Origin: Azolla caroliniana
Taxonomy: Eukaryota; Plantae; Polypodiophyta
NCBI GenBank assembly: GCA_043228905.1
Contig: JBHGNT010000020.1
Location: 7,440,001 to 7,504,000, forward strand
Direction of reading: 5' to 3'
DNA: 64,000 nt
Every line of letters starts with the position of its first letter. The stretch's first letter is position 1. Position numbers and translations under genes: made by a program. Below, piece by piece: positions 24,736-37,472 of this stretch. A model generated the notes under the pieces. That model saw nothing but the letters and a program-made list of their open reading frames with translations, ran no database searches and was not told the DNA's origin.

Positions 24736-25249
24736 CTTTTGCTTGTGAGGTCTAACTACAGTCTACTACCCAATATTGAAGTGGCCAAAGTGAGGGAATT
24801 GCGGGCGTGGACGGTGCAGGTCGCTCAACTGCGGGCCCGTGCGATCAGCACCATCCGATGTGGACAAAAAGCTGACAACCTCTGTCATAAGGAGCTCGAC
24901 TCTCTTACAGCCTCTATCACTAGGAGCTCGACTCTCAAAAAATTAAAAGTAATAAGAGTTATTTGTAAGATTTGTTAGGTCTATGTTTCAAACCTTTTTC
25001 TTCTTTGAATTCTTTCTTTTTGGTTTCTTCTTCTTCGAATTCTTTCTTTTTTAGGGTTTCGACATTTGGTTTAGGATATGTAGTCACTTTACATTTCATT
25101 TACATTTAAGGGGTCGTAATAGTCTAAAAGGTTTAAAATTGTCATCATCAAACACTTAACCATATGTTGTTGAGCGTACCTTTGTGCCCTAGTATATAAC
25201 TAAACATTTGCAAACTTTGATTGATGCAAGTGGACTTATGCTTTAGTTG

Positions 25250-25677
25250 TGTTACGGGCATGACCATATAATGTCCCGTGGTGAGAATTTACCATAGTAT
25301 TCTATACACGTGGATAAGTGTGAGGGTTAAACGAGAGTGTAAAGAAGGGGAGGATTACTTTTAATCCTCGGGATTGAGACAACCCATTAGGCCAAGTGTG
25401 AACTTGCCTAGGGGCCTTGGGTCTTGCTATAAATATGAGGCCTAGCTACCCTCATTTCATCATCTTTTGACTACATCGAGTCGTACCTGATGCCAACACC
25501 AGGTACGACTCGATGTCATGATGGTGGTATGGGACGCTAATCGAGGCTAGAGTCCATATTGATCCCTTTGCTCGGGGGTGGTCGGGTGGATTGGCACCCT
25601 TCTTTCTGTCTCTCCTTTCTTATGTTTATCTATATTTCATCCTTATCTCATGCTTACGTTATACCATAACTCTAACT
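25250..25677 (+). repeat. 5' LTR of G
   Basis: TGTTACGGG start; matches 37045-37472. Confidence 0.95.
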
Positions 25678-25679
25678 GT

Positions 25680-25691
25680 TGGTATCAGAGC
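25680..25691 (+). promoter_or_regulatory. PBS (tRNA-iMet) of G
   Basis: TGGTATCAGAGC. Confidence 0.95.
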
Positions 25692-25920
25692 TTATGTTCT
25701 AATGTTTCTTTTGTTGGTTTTTGTCTTCTTGGTGGATGGTGATCGATCGACGTGCGGTCGACCTTGATCCAAACAGCGATCAACAAAGGAACTTCAGTAA
25801 CTCTTTCTTGTTTTTTTTCTATTCTTTCATCTCCCAATCTAATGATTTATAGTTAATATGTGTTTTTTTTATTGATTCAATGATGTTGTAGCGGTAATTA
25901 ATTGGTTTATAAAACGTTTA

Positions 25921-26158
25921 CATATGTGTATGAGGTCAATACCTCATTTGACATATATTTAATATGTGATTCGTGTCATATGCGTATGAGGTTAATACCT
26001 CAATTGTGTATTATGCTCACATACATATGTTACGTATGCGTATGAGGTCAATACCTCGATTTCTATGTAAACGATATGTGTTTGGTGTCGTATGCGTAAG
26101 AGGTCAATACCTTATTATTGGATGTTTCATGTGCGTAGAGGCTAAGGCTATATGCCTC
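25921..26158 (+). repeat. 56-bp-periodic hairpin repeat array in the G leader
   Basis: 25-nt repeat C(A/G)TATGCGTATGAGGTCAATACCTC at 25921, 25977, 26033, 26089, separated by 31-nt spacers; degenerate fifth copy at 26128. Confidence 0.85.
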
Positions 26159-27308
26159 GATTACGTATCTCGCTTACATCATTATTGGCTATTTAATGTT
26201 ACAATTTTTTTAATATATGTATATGTGGTCACGTGTATATGTATTTGATCGTATATATGTGATAAATTACATATGTGTATATTCGTTATTACGTGATTTA
26301 TATATCGAATGTTGTCCTTTTCGGGGAAAGGATCTTGGTGGCCATCCTCACATTTTTGTGAGAATGGCGTAGTCACCATCCTTTTTTCAACAATCTTTTT
26401 CGTTGACATCCTCGTTGGTCACTTTGATTTTGTTACATAACGAAACGATCATAGCCACAATGATGGTGAGAACGTAAGGCTTGACCCACTTCATGTGAGG
26501 TCGCACATAGGACACACATATCCAACATCCCTCCCTCATTACATGGATGCGATACCACTATGAGATCATTCTTACGAAAGGCATTCGTAATGACATAACC
26601 ATGTGATAGGCCACGTGGGCCTACTACGAAAAGAGCGCTCATTTGGCTTGACCATTAGGCTGCACTTTGGTGTATGCCATCGTAATTATGAGACTTGAGG
26701 TTAGGTAATGTACCAACATCGTTTGTGGTAAACGAGAGGGAAATAAGGAATCTTGACATATATGTTTCTTTTAAAAAAGCGTATATGGGCAAATGTCTCG
26801 CATATCTCTTATACACAACATTCAACATGAGCAACCTATTTGGTTAGCTCAAGTGTTTAATGTATTTGTTCTCAAGGTCTCGAGTTCAAATATGACCAAG
26901 ACCATACAAGATTGTTGATACATATGACTATAATACATGTTTAGACTTTTAGGTCTAAGAGCCGAAACCACATACGTGGGCACAAAAACATAGTTTATTG
27001 TTAACATTTTTTTTCGTGTATAAACTATTCATGATGCGAACATACATGGTTGAGCCTCAGGGAGCCGCCATGAAAAAATCGATATAGAGATTAGGGAAAG
27101 GCATTCATTTGTCACCCCGATGATTTTTAAAACACCTTTGTGTTACCATAGTAACTTGATCTTCAACCTCATCTCATACGTCTAGAGGAGTATTGACGTG
27201 AGATCATGATATCGATTAATGTTGGCCCATGATATGTTTACATCACGAATTGATGTTATGACTATTTGTCTGACCTTATCCTATTTCTTTGCAAGAAATA
27301 AACATTCA

Positions 27309-29953
27309 ATGGCTCAGAATAACGACCCGATTTCATCGGCTCAAGCAGAAGAAACTCAAGAAAATCCTCTTGGACCAATGTCCATTGAGTTGTATTTCTT
27401 ACAAATACAAAATTTCCTTAGTTCAACCGCTCATCAGATGTTCGAACTTCGGCAATCTCAAAGTGCTCTTGAGGCACGTGTCATTAGTTTACAATGTGAC
27501 ACTAATCGACCTGATGAGCGTCAAGGTGAACCATCATTTGTCATAAAGCCATTTACGGGAGAAAAAAAGGAAAGAACCAAAGAAGCAATCTGCACGTGGC
27601 TGGGCCGATGGGAGTCTCAATTTGAGCTCTATCCCATGCCAAATAGTACAAAGATTGCATATATCGACCGAGAACTAGGGGGTAAGGCCGCTGCCTGGTG
27701 GCAGGGGCTCTGAACTTTGGGGAAATTGCCTGATACATGGACAGATTTTGTCATAGTTTTCAAGGGCCAATTTCTACAACCTCCCTCTCGAATCGAGGCA
27801 GCTCAAGCTTTAATGAACCTCTCTAGCAAGAAGTTTTCCTCGCTAGAAGATTATGTCCACCATGCTAGAACCCAAATCAAAAAATCAGTCTAGAAGGGGA
27901 CAATTGGTTGATAGCTTGTTTTGGCAATGGCATCCCCAATTCGGACTATCACTGGATAGTGCACGATAAGGATCCAAAATCCTTCGAAGAGACTGTTGAA
28001 ATAGTTCTTCGCTATCAACGCACTTCGAAGAAGGATCATAACAAACCCAATGAAGCGCACAAGACTAAGCAGTCGCAATTTGCTGGGAAACGTAAGACAC
28101 CCAACGAATTCATGGATCACGATTGTAAGCGACATCCTTTTTGCGTATTCTGCAAAAAGAAGGGTCATACAAAAGAACAATGTCAAAAGCTCCAACGGAA
28201 AGAGCACGAAAACAAAGCAAAAGTTGCAGACCATAAAAGTCAGATTCCTAATGTGCTTGAGGTCTATACACATCATTTAAGTAATTGTCAATGTTCTTTC
28301 CGTCACTATGTATTGGGACCCAATGATTTACTACGTGCAAATGGGTATATCAATGGATCCCCCGTACAATTTTTATTTGATTCAGGAAGCTCACACAACT
28401 TTCTGAATAATCGCTTGGTTCAAATATGGGGAATCCAACCCACCGTAAGTGATCACACCTATAGGGTGCACTTGGTTGATGGAAGAGTACAATACATCAA
28501 CGGGGCGATTCATTCATTAGGAATTTCTATTGATACTTATGTAGAGGAAGTAGACTTCCATGTAATGAATCTTTGTACCACTGATGTAATATTGGGTTAT
28601 CCCTGGTTTTATAATAAAAACTCTTATTTGTCTATTGATTGGGTTTGTCATTCCATTTCCTTTATACTAAACGATTGTACTCATTTTATTCAATGTGTAA
28701 ATAAAAAATCCCTTTCAATTGTTTCCTCTCCATCAATATCTGAGTTGTCTTGTTCTTCTTTGTTTTATTGTGTACTTGATCCGAACATTCACGTTTATAA
28801 TATTGATAACGTCTCGGGTCAATTGACATATTTTGAACAACAACAACTCGATAAAATCTTAAATGATTTTCATGATGTTTTTCCAAGTGAACTCCTAAAC
28901 GTAATATAGATCATCATATAGATATCGTACTTGGCGTTGCACCAATAAGTATACCTCCTTATCGCTTAAATCAATCCAAAGAGGATGAGGTATCTAAGCA
29001 ACTCAAGGACTATTTATGAATGGGTTATATACGTTATAGTAAATCTCCATGGGGTGCACCTGTTCTCTTGGTAAAAAAGAAAGAGGGCACATGGCGTATG
29101 TGTATTAATTACCAACGCTTGAATAAAGTGACGATCAAGAATTCATATCCATTGCCTCAGGCTGACGATCTAATTGACAGTCTCCAGGGAGCACGGGATT
29201 TTACGAAACTTGATATACGTACGGGCTACCATCAAATTCGTATAAGTGAGGACGATGTTCCTAAAATGACATTTCCTACGCGGTATGGCCATTATGAGTT
29301 TTTGGTTATTCCTTTTGGTTTGACCAATGCTCCGGCCACATTTCAACAACAAATGAATGACATTTTCTGAGAACAACTTGGAAAATTCGTTGTTATTTTC
29401 TTGGATGATATTTTAGTTTATAGCCGAACATTAGAAGAACATGCTAAACATGTCCGCTTTGTTTTACAAACATTGCGTGCCAAACAGTTTTACGCGAAGA
29501 TCTCAAAATGCGAGTTCTTCAAGAAATCAATTACTTATCTTGGACATCTCATAACCGAACGAGGAGTTGAAATTGATCCTTCTTGCATCGAGAAAATCAA
29601 ACTTTGGCCCACTCTTCGGAATATTCGAGAAGTTCGATCATTCATTGGTTTTGTCGGGTTTTTGCGAAAATCACTTCGTAATTACTCCTAATTGACAATG
29701 TCGTTTATTGATCTTCTAAAAGGTCAACCACATAAGTCTACAAAACCTATTGTGTGGAATGTTTACACTAGACCTCGCCTTTAAGGAACTCAAGGACCTG
29801 CTATGCAAGGCTCCTTTGCTCCTTTGCTTCTTTTACCCGATCCTTCCAAACCTTTTGAGGTTGAAACCGATGCAAGCGATTATGTTATAGGCGTTGTCTT
29901 ATATCAAGATGGTAAACCAATAACATTCGAGAGTAAGAAACTTGATTCTAATC
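27309..29953 (+). pseudogene. G gag-PR-RT-RNase H N-part (degenerate)
   Basis: ORFs 27219..27713, 27908..28909, 29020..29370, 29401..29691; breaks at FESKKLDS. Confidence 0.93.
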
Positions 29954-30408
29954 TGTGAAAAGTAACGTGCGGAAGCAAGTATGAAGACCGAACAGAAGGA
30001 AGAACACTCAAGTTTAATGGAGAGCTTGAGCTCACGCAGTATACGCGGGAGAGACAGAGAGAGTGAGAGAGGAAAAACACAAGAGGTATATTCAAAAAAT
30101 ACACAATCTCTATTCACCACACTCTATACATATGTGTGTTCAATGAACACTTTTATACAAGTCCTAGAAGGACTGACCGAAGTACTGACAATACTTCAAT
30201 GCTCATTAAGATCTCCTACACTAACTCCCAAATATATTCCTCACGGAATATCTTTCCTAACGGCCTCCCGGTTTCCGCACCGATCCGGCCCTACCTACGC
30301 ACCGGTCTGCGTACCGGTTTACGCATTCGGCCTAACCGATTAGTCCCAACCGATCCGGTCCTCGGCTTCTTCAGCCGATCCGGCCGATGTTGAGCTTGTC
30401 TCTCAACA
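29954..30408 (-). repeat. 3' LTR of C
   Basis: Direct repeat of 34823-35277, adjacent to the PPT. Confidence 0.96.
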
Positions 30409-30519
30409 CTCCCCCTCAAGCTCAACTTGAGGCTCTTCGGGATCTTCGGGCTCACAGCTTTGGTTCCTCCTGGCTTCACGCCTCGCTCGCGCTCCACGAC
30501 CTGTTCGACTCCGCATGCT

Positions 30520-33500
30520 TCAACCCATCCGGTCGCCTTGTCTACTCATGTGGCCCTTATTAGCTCTTCTGATGTTGCGGTGTTGACGCTTCTCCTGCTG
30601 CCTTTTCTTCCACTTGGGCCTCGGTTGATTCAACGTATCTGAATCAAACATCCGAACTGACTCGGCTACCTTTGATCGGTTTTCGCTCTCATCCGAGTTG
30701 GCTGTCTCCAACTTGTCTTCGGTCTTCTCGCCCTCGATGGCGTCATCTTCCCCATGCGTGGTTGGCTTCGGCTCTCTCCTTCGGCTGCTCCCCTTCTGTC
30801 CGCTTTCGGACTTTTCCGCGGGTCCGCCCTCGGCTTCTTCAGCCGATCCGATGTCGAACTCGACAACTGAGTCAACCGACTCGGTGTCGCGGTCTCCACT
30901 CCTTTCCCATTGCCTTGCTTGGTCGTTCGGGACTGTTCTCCCCCTCAAGTTTGGCACGTCGAGGTGACGCAATCCGAGCGCACCTGAGAATTGCCGCAAC
31001 TTGTCCAGACCAAGAGACTTGGTGAAGATGTCGGCAATCTGCCGATCCGTCGAAACGTACTGAAGTTCGACTTCATCGGAAAGGACACGCTCACGGACGA
31101 AATGGTAGTGCACCTCAATGTGCTTGGTCCGTGCGTGGAAAATGGGGTTTTTCACGAGCTGGATGCTGCTGAGGTTGTCGCAGTAGATCGTCGTCGGATC
31201 TGACACCTCCTCTTGCAGGTCCTTAAGTAGCCGCTTCAACCATATGGCTTCGCATGTCGCGACAACCGCTCCTCGGTACTCAGCTTCGGTGCTTGAAAGT
31301 GAAAATGTCGGCTGCTTCTTACTGCTCCACGCGATCGTGGCACTCCCGAGGGAGAACGCGTATCCGGACGTGGATCAGCGATCGGCGGCATTCCCAGCCC
31401 AATCAACATCGGTGTAGCCGACTAACTGCGCGGTTGCACCGGTCCGATATAGCAGTCCCTGGTCCTTAGTGTCGTTGACATACCGAAGTATGCGTTGCGC
31501 ACATTGAAGGTGCTCCTCGGTAGGTCGCGCCATGAACTGACTGATCACTCCAACTGGATAACTGAGGTTGGGTCGGGTGATGGTCAAGTATATGAGGCTT
31601 CCGACAATTTGTCGGAACCTCGTCGAGTCGCATACCTTTCCCGTATCGGGATGAAGCTTGACGGTTCTGTCCAAAGGAGTCGAGACGGACTTACAGTCGG
31701 CCATCCCGAATTTGAAGAGCATACTCAGCACGTAATGACGTTGGCTGATCAATATGCCTTCGGGGGTATGGATCACTTCGATCCCGAGGAAGTAACGAAG
31801 GTCCCCCAGATCCTTCATGTCGAACGATGCCGCAAGCTGGAGATTCACGTGGTCGATTTCACCTAGGTCGGCGCTGGTGATGACCAAGTCATCAACATAT
31901 AGTAAAATACTAACCGGTCCGAGTCGACCTTTCCGGATGAACAGGGAAGAGTCTGATTTTGACGTGACGAAGCCCATCCGACGCAGTTGTTGCGTGATCT
32001 TCGCGTTCCAGGCACGCGGGGCTTGCTTCAGTCCGTAAAGGGACTTCTTCAGTCGGCATACTTCCGAGGAGTTCGTTCCAGAGTGAAATCCGGGGGGTTG
32101 TACCATGTACACCTGTTCCTCAAGGTCACCTTGCAGGAACGCATTCTTTACATCCATCTGATGTAAGTGCCACCCCTTCACCGTAGCTACTCCGAGCAAA
32201 ACACGGACGATCGTCATTTTCGCGACCGGCGCAAACATCTCATCGTAGTCGATGCCGTGTTTCTGCGCGTAGCCCTTTGCCACTAGCCGAGCCTTGTACC
32301 GGTTGACGGAGCCATCGGTGTTGTACTTGACCTTGTACACCCACCTACACCTGATCGGTTTTACCCCTGTTGGTGCGTCAACCAGGTCCCAGGTCTCGTT
32401 CTCCGCCAATGCGTGCATCTCTTCCTCCATCGGGCACGCCAATTTGCATCTTTAGCCGCTTTTGCGTAGCTCTCCGGCTCACGCACTTCCGCTACACGGG
32501 TCATGTACGCATAATGATGCACCATGTACTCGTTGTATCCGAACCGCAAAACAAGATTCTTCTAGCGGGTAGATCGGCATAATCTCACATTAGCCGATGT
32601 CGAGGCCTTCTCGGTCGACGTGGTCTTCACCTTTAAAGACCCATCACTGGTTCCCTCGGAGTCGGACTCGCGTCGGTCTGACTCGTTCTTATCCGTGCTA
32701 GAATCCGACACCTTCTTCTTCCCTTTCTCTTTGCGCGTAAGCCGTCTCCTCGACTTCCTGCGCGGGGAATGCACGGCCGAGTCTCCACTACTCGCCGGCT
32801 CTTCATCGGACTGGTCGTACCGACTCAGTCGTCCAATCAGTCCACTTAAACGGAGTGAAATCGGACTCTCTTCGCGGGTCTCGATTTCGGGCTCATCCGG
32901 AGGCATCTCGGCCTCGCTGACCTCATCGTCAGAACTCGGATTGGAGTCGGGGTTCGGAGTCGGGGGCTCGTACCAGGATGCAGACTCGTCAAACACAACG
33001 TCACGGCTAACACGCGCTTGTTTGGTGCGAGGGTTATAGCACTTATAACCCTTCTACTCGTCTGAGTAACCGACCAAGATGCATTTCTCAGCCTTTGCGT
33101 CCAACTTCCTCCTTTTCTCCTTCGGTACATGCACATACGCAATGCTACCGAACACCCTCAAGTGTCGCAAGTTCGGCTTCGTTCCGAAATATAGTTCGTG
33201 CGCCGACACTTTGTCTCCGATCCGGTTCTGGATGTATACCGCGGTCCTTACCGCCTCGGCCCAGTAGAACTTGGGCAAGCTCTTCTCCTCCAGCATTGCT
33301 CGTGGCGCTTCCACAACTAACCGATTCTTCCTCTCGGCCACAAGTCGATGTCCGACTCGGATTTTTGTCCCTTCGAGAACATTGCGGTGCCGCCGTCAGT
33401 GGAATCGAGGATGAACATCCTCCCGTCTCTGTGCCCTTGCGCAATCACACGGCCTTCTTCCTCAATGAAGCACCCGAGGTGTGTAAACCGAACCTCCATC

Positions 33501-34739
33501 CCTTGGTCGACGATCTGTCCGATCGAGACCAAGTTCTTCGTGATTGTCGGAACGTGCAACACGTTCATGAGTTTCCCTTTCTGCCCGACATGGCTAAGGG
33601 GAACTTCTCCGACATTCGCGATCGGATGCGGAGTGTCATCTCCAGTTGCGACTACTCCAGGTTGTATCGGTTTTTCAAGGTACGAGAACCACTCCTTATG
33701 GCTCGTCATGTGGTTTGACGCGCCGGAGTCTACGTACCACACCTCGTCTGATCTCGGGGTGGTCCGTTTCATTGAGTTTGCTTCGTGTCTCGTCACGAAG
33801 GCAGACCCTTCTCCGGCTCTCCCGGAGTCTTCGGTGTAGTGCGATCGCTGCCGATTTCCCTTGTCGGTATGTCCGGAGCCGTTTCCGGAACCGGTTCTCT
33901 CCGAATCGGCGCGCTTCTTCCAGCACTCACTTTCCCTGTGGCCTTTCTTGCCACAGTACCAACACTCCGCGATGGCCTTCCCTTGCCGGTTCTCATCGCT
34001 TCGACTCCCCCTGTTTCCGGAGGGTCCGGAGTTGTTGTCGGCATCACTTCGGTGCCTTCTTCCTTGATCTCGTTGGCCGCCTCCATTGTGCGCCGACTCA
34101 CCTCGTCCTCCACGTCCACGGGGCCTATCTCCCTGCGTGTACAACATTCTGTTGTCGGTGTACGTGCTTGTAGACGCACCCGCGTGGTTCTTCTCTACCA
34201 GGAGCATTGACTGTAAGTCGAAAAAGGACGGCGTATTCTCCCGGGTACACACAGCCGTTCGGAATGCTCCGAACTTCGACGCCAAACCTCCGAGACAAAT
34301 CTGGACCATCTCGCTCTCCTCGATGTTCACCTCTATGGAGGCGAGGGAGTCGCAGATATCCTTGATCTTCGAGGTATAGTCCGCCACCGACAAGTCGCGT
34401 TGTCGTAGGTTGCTCAACTCCTGTCAGAGCTGAAGCTTCCTGGCTGTGGTGCTCACGGCGAAAATCTTCTTCAGATTTTCCCACGCACCCTTCGGCGTCT
34501 TTGCATCCCGAACATAGCTCAATAGTTGTTCGCCCACACACGACGCAAAGTAGTATAATACCCTGCTCGTCGATTGCTCCCACGACGGAAAGTCTTTGTG
34601 TGTCGATTCGGGTGCTGCGTCATTAGCTCCTTCGACATAACTCCAGTAGCCGTGCCCGAGCAGGTACTAGTGCATCTTGTAGGACCAAGACGCGTAGTTG
34701 GTTCTGTCGAGCTTCTCTGTTGGAAGCGAGCTCGCCATG
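30520..34739 (-). pseudogene. C gag-pol with internal integrase deletion
   Basis: ORFs 33317..34417, 33054..33341, 32562..32996, 31375..32442, 30520..31239. Confidence 0.94.
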
Positions 34740-34822
34740 CCTCTATCCATCGTTCTTCTTGTTCTTCTTCGTCAAGCTGTGTCGGCTGTAGAGAGGTTCT
34801 CAACCCTCGCACTCTGATACCA

Positions 34823-35277
34823 TGTGAAAAGTAACGTGCGGAAGTAAGTATGAAGACCGAACAGAAGGAAGAACACTCAGGTTTAATGGAGAGCTTGAGC
34901 TCATGCGGTATACGCAGGAGAGACAGAGAGAGTGAGAGAGGAAAAACACAAGAGGTATATTCAAAAAATACACAATCTCTATTCACCACACTCTATACAT
35001 ATGTGTGTTCAATGAACACTTTTATACAAGTCCTAGAAGGACTGACCGAAGTACTGACAGTACTTCAATGCTCATTAAGAGCTCCTACACTAACTCCCAA
35101 ATATATTCCTCACGGAATATCTTTCCTAACGGCCTCCCGGTTTCCGCACCGATCCGGCCCTACCTACGCACCGGTTTGCGTACCGGTTTACGCATTCGGC
35201 CTAACCGATCGGTCCCAACCGATCCGGTCCTCGGCTTCTTCAGCCGATCCGGCCGATGTTGAGCTTGTCTCTCAACA
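34823..35277 (-). repeat. 5' LTR of C
   Basis: Followed on the minus strand by the PBS. Confidence 0.96.
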
Positions 35278-37058
35278 TAATCAATGTCGGTATACCGTTC
35301 AAGAAAAGGAGTTATTTGCAGTTATACATGCGCTCAAACACATGGTGCCATTATCTTTATGGAAATCGTTTTGTGGTAACTACGGACCACGAGTCCTTGA
35401 AATATTTTTGTGACCAACAAGACTTGAAAGGTCGTAAGGCACAATGGGCTGATCTCATCCAAGACTTTGATTTTTCCATACGATATTGTAAAGGTTCCAT
35501 GAACACTATCGCTGATGCACTAAGTCGCATCCGTGAAGTTAACATGCTTAGCTTCACCGAAATAACATCAGATCTTTATGATCACCTTTGAGGAAAGTAT
35601 CCTAATGACAATTATTTTGCGAAATACTGGGCAAGAGTTGAGTCTGGAATAGACACCACCACATCCTTGAAGGAATCCTTCCACATTACTAACGGTTTGC
35701 TCTACTGTAATGGGAAGGTCTATGTTCTAGATTTACCTGAGGTCAAAAAGAGAATTTTGTTTGAATGCCATGATGCACCCTCATCAAGGCACCCTGGAAT
35801 ACATCGTACACTCGTTCTCATCTCCACTCAATTCTATTGGCCTAAGATGCGTCCTGACATACATAACTATGTGACTAAATGTCACTAGTGTCAGGTTAAC
35901 AAAGTCGAGCGACTTAAAGCCGCATGACTTTTACATCCCTTGGACATTCACAATAAAAAGTGGGAAAGTATATCCATGGATTTTATTGTTAGCCTTCCTC
36001 GCACCCAAAAAGGCCATGATGCCATCTGGGTTTTGGTTGATAGACTAACTAAAATGGCCAGATTTATTGCTACTAAAACCACGGTAACAGCTCCTGAATT
36101 GGCTTACCAATTCATTGACGAGTTATTTCGTTTTTATGGGTTATCGATGGATATCATGAGTGATCGAGATCCAAAGTTTACTAGTGACTTCTAGACACAA
36201 GTCTTTAAGAAGTTAGAAACTACGTTGAGCATGAGCTCCATGGATCATCCTCAATCCGATGGACAGTCTGAACGAGTAAATCAAATTATTGAGGACATGC
36301 TTCGAGCATACGTTGGTGCAAAACCAACAAAATGGGAACATTATCTCCCAATTCTGGACTTTGCTTATAACAACTCCAAGCATACATCGACGGGATGTAG
36401 TCCTTTTATGTTGATGTATGGTTTTCGGCCACGAGCCCCAATTGATATTAATATACATCATAATGAGTTGCGAAGTACGCAAAAATTTCTTCAGGATATG
36501 CAAGATATGTTGCATATTGCACGAGATAATATAAAAACAGCTCAAGATAGAGAGCATTTTTATGCCGATCATCATAGGCAACCTCGTGTATTCAACCCTG
36601 GACAGAAGGTATTTTTACGTGTACCTCACAATTCTAAGGCTTTGTCTACGGGTAAGTGCGCTAAGTTAGCCCCACGGTTTTGTGGACCTTTTCAAGTCCT
36701 CAAACGCATTGGTTCATCAGCCTATCGTCTCGCTCTTCTAGATGGCGTTGAAATTAATCCAGTTTTTCATGTAAGTCGTCTAAAAGAACTTCTAGGTTCT
36801 GATGACAATACAGTTACAACCGAAACTCTGGTTACTTCTGAAGAATTATCTTCTAAACCACATGTACAAGAAAGAATTCTCGATGTTAACACAAAAAATC
36901 TGCGTACTAAAATAATCCAAGAATTTAAAATTAAATGGATGGATAAATCTATCAAAGATGCCACATGGGAATGCGAAAATACTCTTAGAACTAACTTCCC
37001 TAACTTTCCATTGCAAGAGTGCAACGTTTTAAAGAGGGGGAGTATGTTACGGGCATGA
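35278..37058 (+). pseudogene. G RNase H C-part, integrase and chromodomain
   Basis: EKELFAVIHAL, HDAPSSRHPG, SMDFI, HPQSDGQSER, GPF, ERILD...FKIKW..KSIKDATWE (chromodomain ~36867-37010). Confidence 0.93.
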
Positions 37059-37472
37059 CCATATAATATCCCTTGGTGAGAATTTACCGTAGTATTCTAT
37101 ACACGTGGATAAGTGTGAGGGTTAAACGAGAGTGTAAAGAAGGGGAGGATTACTTTTAATACACGGGGTTGAGACAACCCATTAGGCCAAGTGTGAACTT
37201 GCCTGGGGGCCTTGGGTCTTGCTATAAATATGAGGCCTAGCTACCCTCATTTCATCATCTTTTGACTACGTCAACTCTTGTAACGAGCACGCCATCACCA
37301 GGTACGACTCGACGCCACAGCGGTGGTATGGGACATTGATCGAGGCTTGAGTCCGTCTCGATCCCTTCGCTTGGGGGTGGTCGGGTGGATCAACACCCTT
37401 CTTTCTGTCTCTCCTTATGTTTATCTATATTTTATCCTTATCTCATGCTTACGTTAGACCATAACTCTAACA
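37045..37472 (+). repeat. 3' LTR of G
   Basis: TGTTAC...CTAACA after the PPT. Confidence 0.96.

Larger units (their letters stand above)
29954..35277 (-). mobile_element. Ty1/copia element C (same family as A), nested in the RNase H of G
   Basis: 455-bp LTRs 29954-30408 and 34823-35277 (10 differences counted by eye); TSD TAATC; PBS TGGTATCAGAG on the minus strand (34812-34822); PPT 30409-30420. Confidence 0.97.
25250..37472 (+). mobile_element. Ty3/gypsy chromovirus G, interrupted by copia C
   Basis: 428-bp LTRs, TSD AGTTG (25245-25249, 37473-37477), PBS-iMet, gag-ZnK-PR(LFDSGSSHNF)-RT(FLDDILVYS)-RH-IN(GPF)-chromodomain, PPT AAAGAGGGGGAG. Confidence 0.97.

Noticed and set aside
25921-26113. 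Bona fide CRISPR array
   Set aside because: Eukaryotic retrotransposon leader, no cas genes, only 4-5 repeats and spacers partly similar to each other; kept as a CRISPR-like repeat finding only
29981-30393. ORFs within the C LTRs (also 34850..35413)
   Set aside because: Lie on the antisense strand of LTRs, duplicated only because the LTRs are, and not preserved in the A LTR
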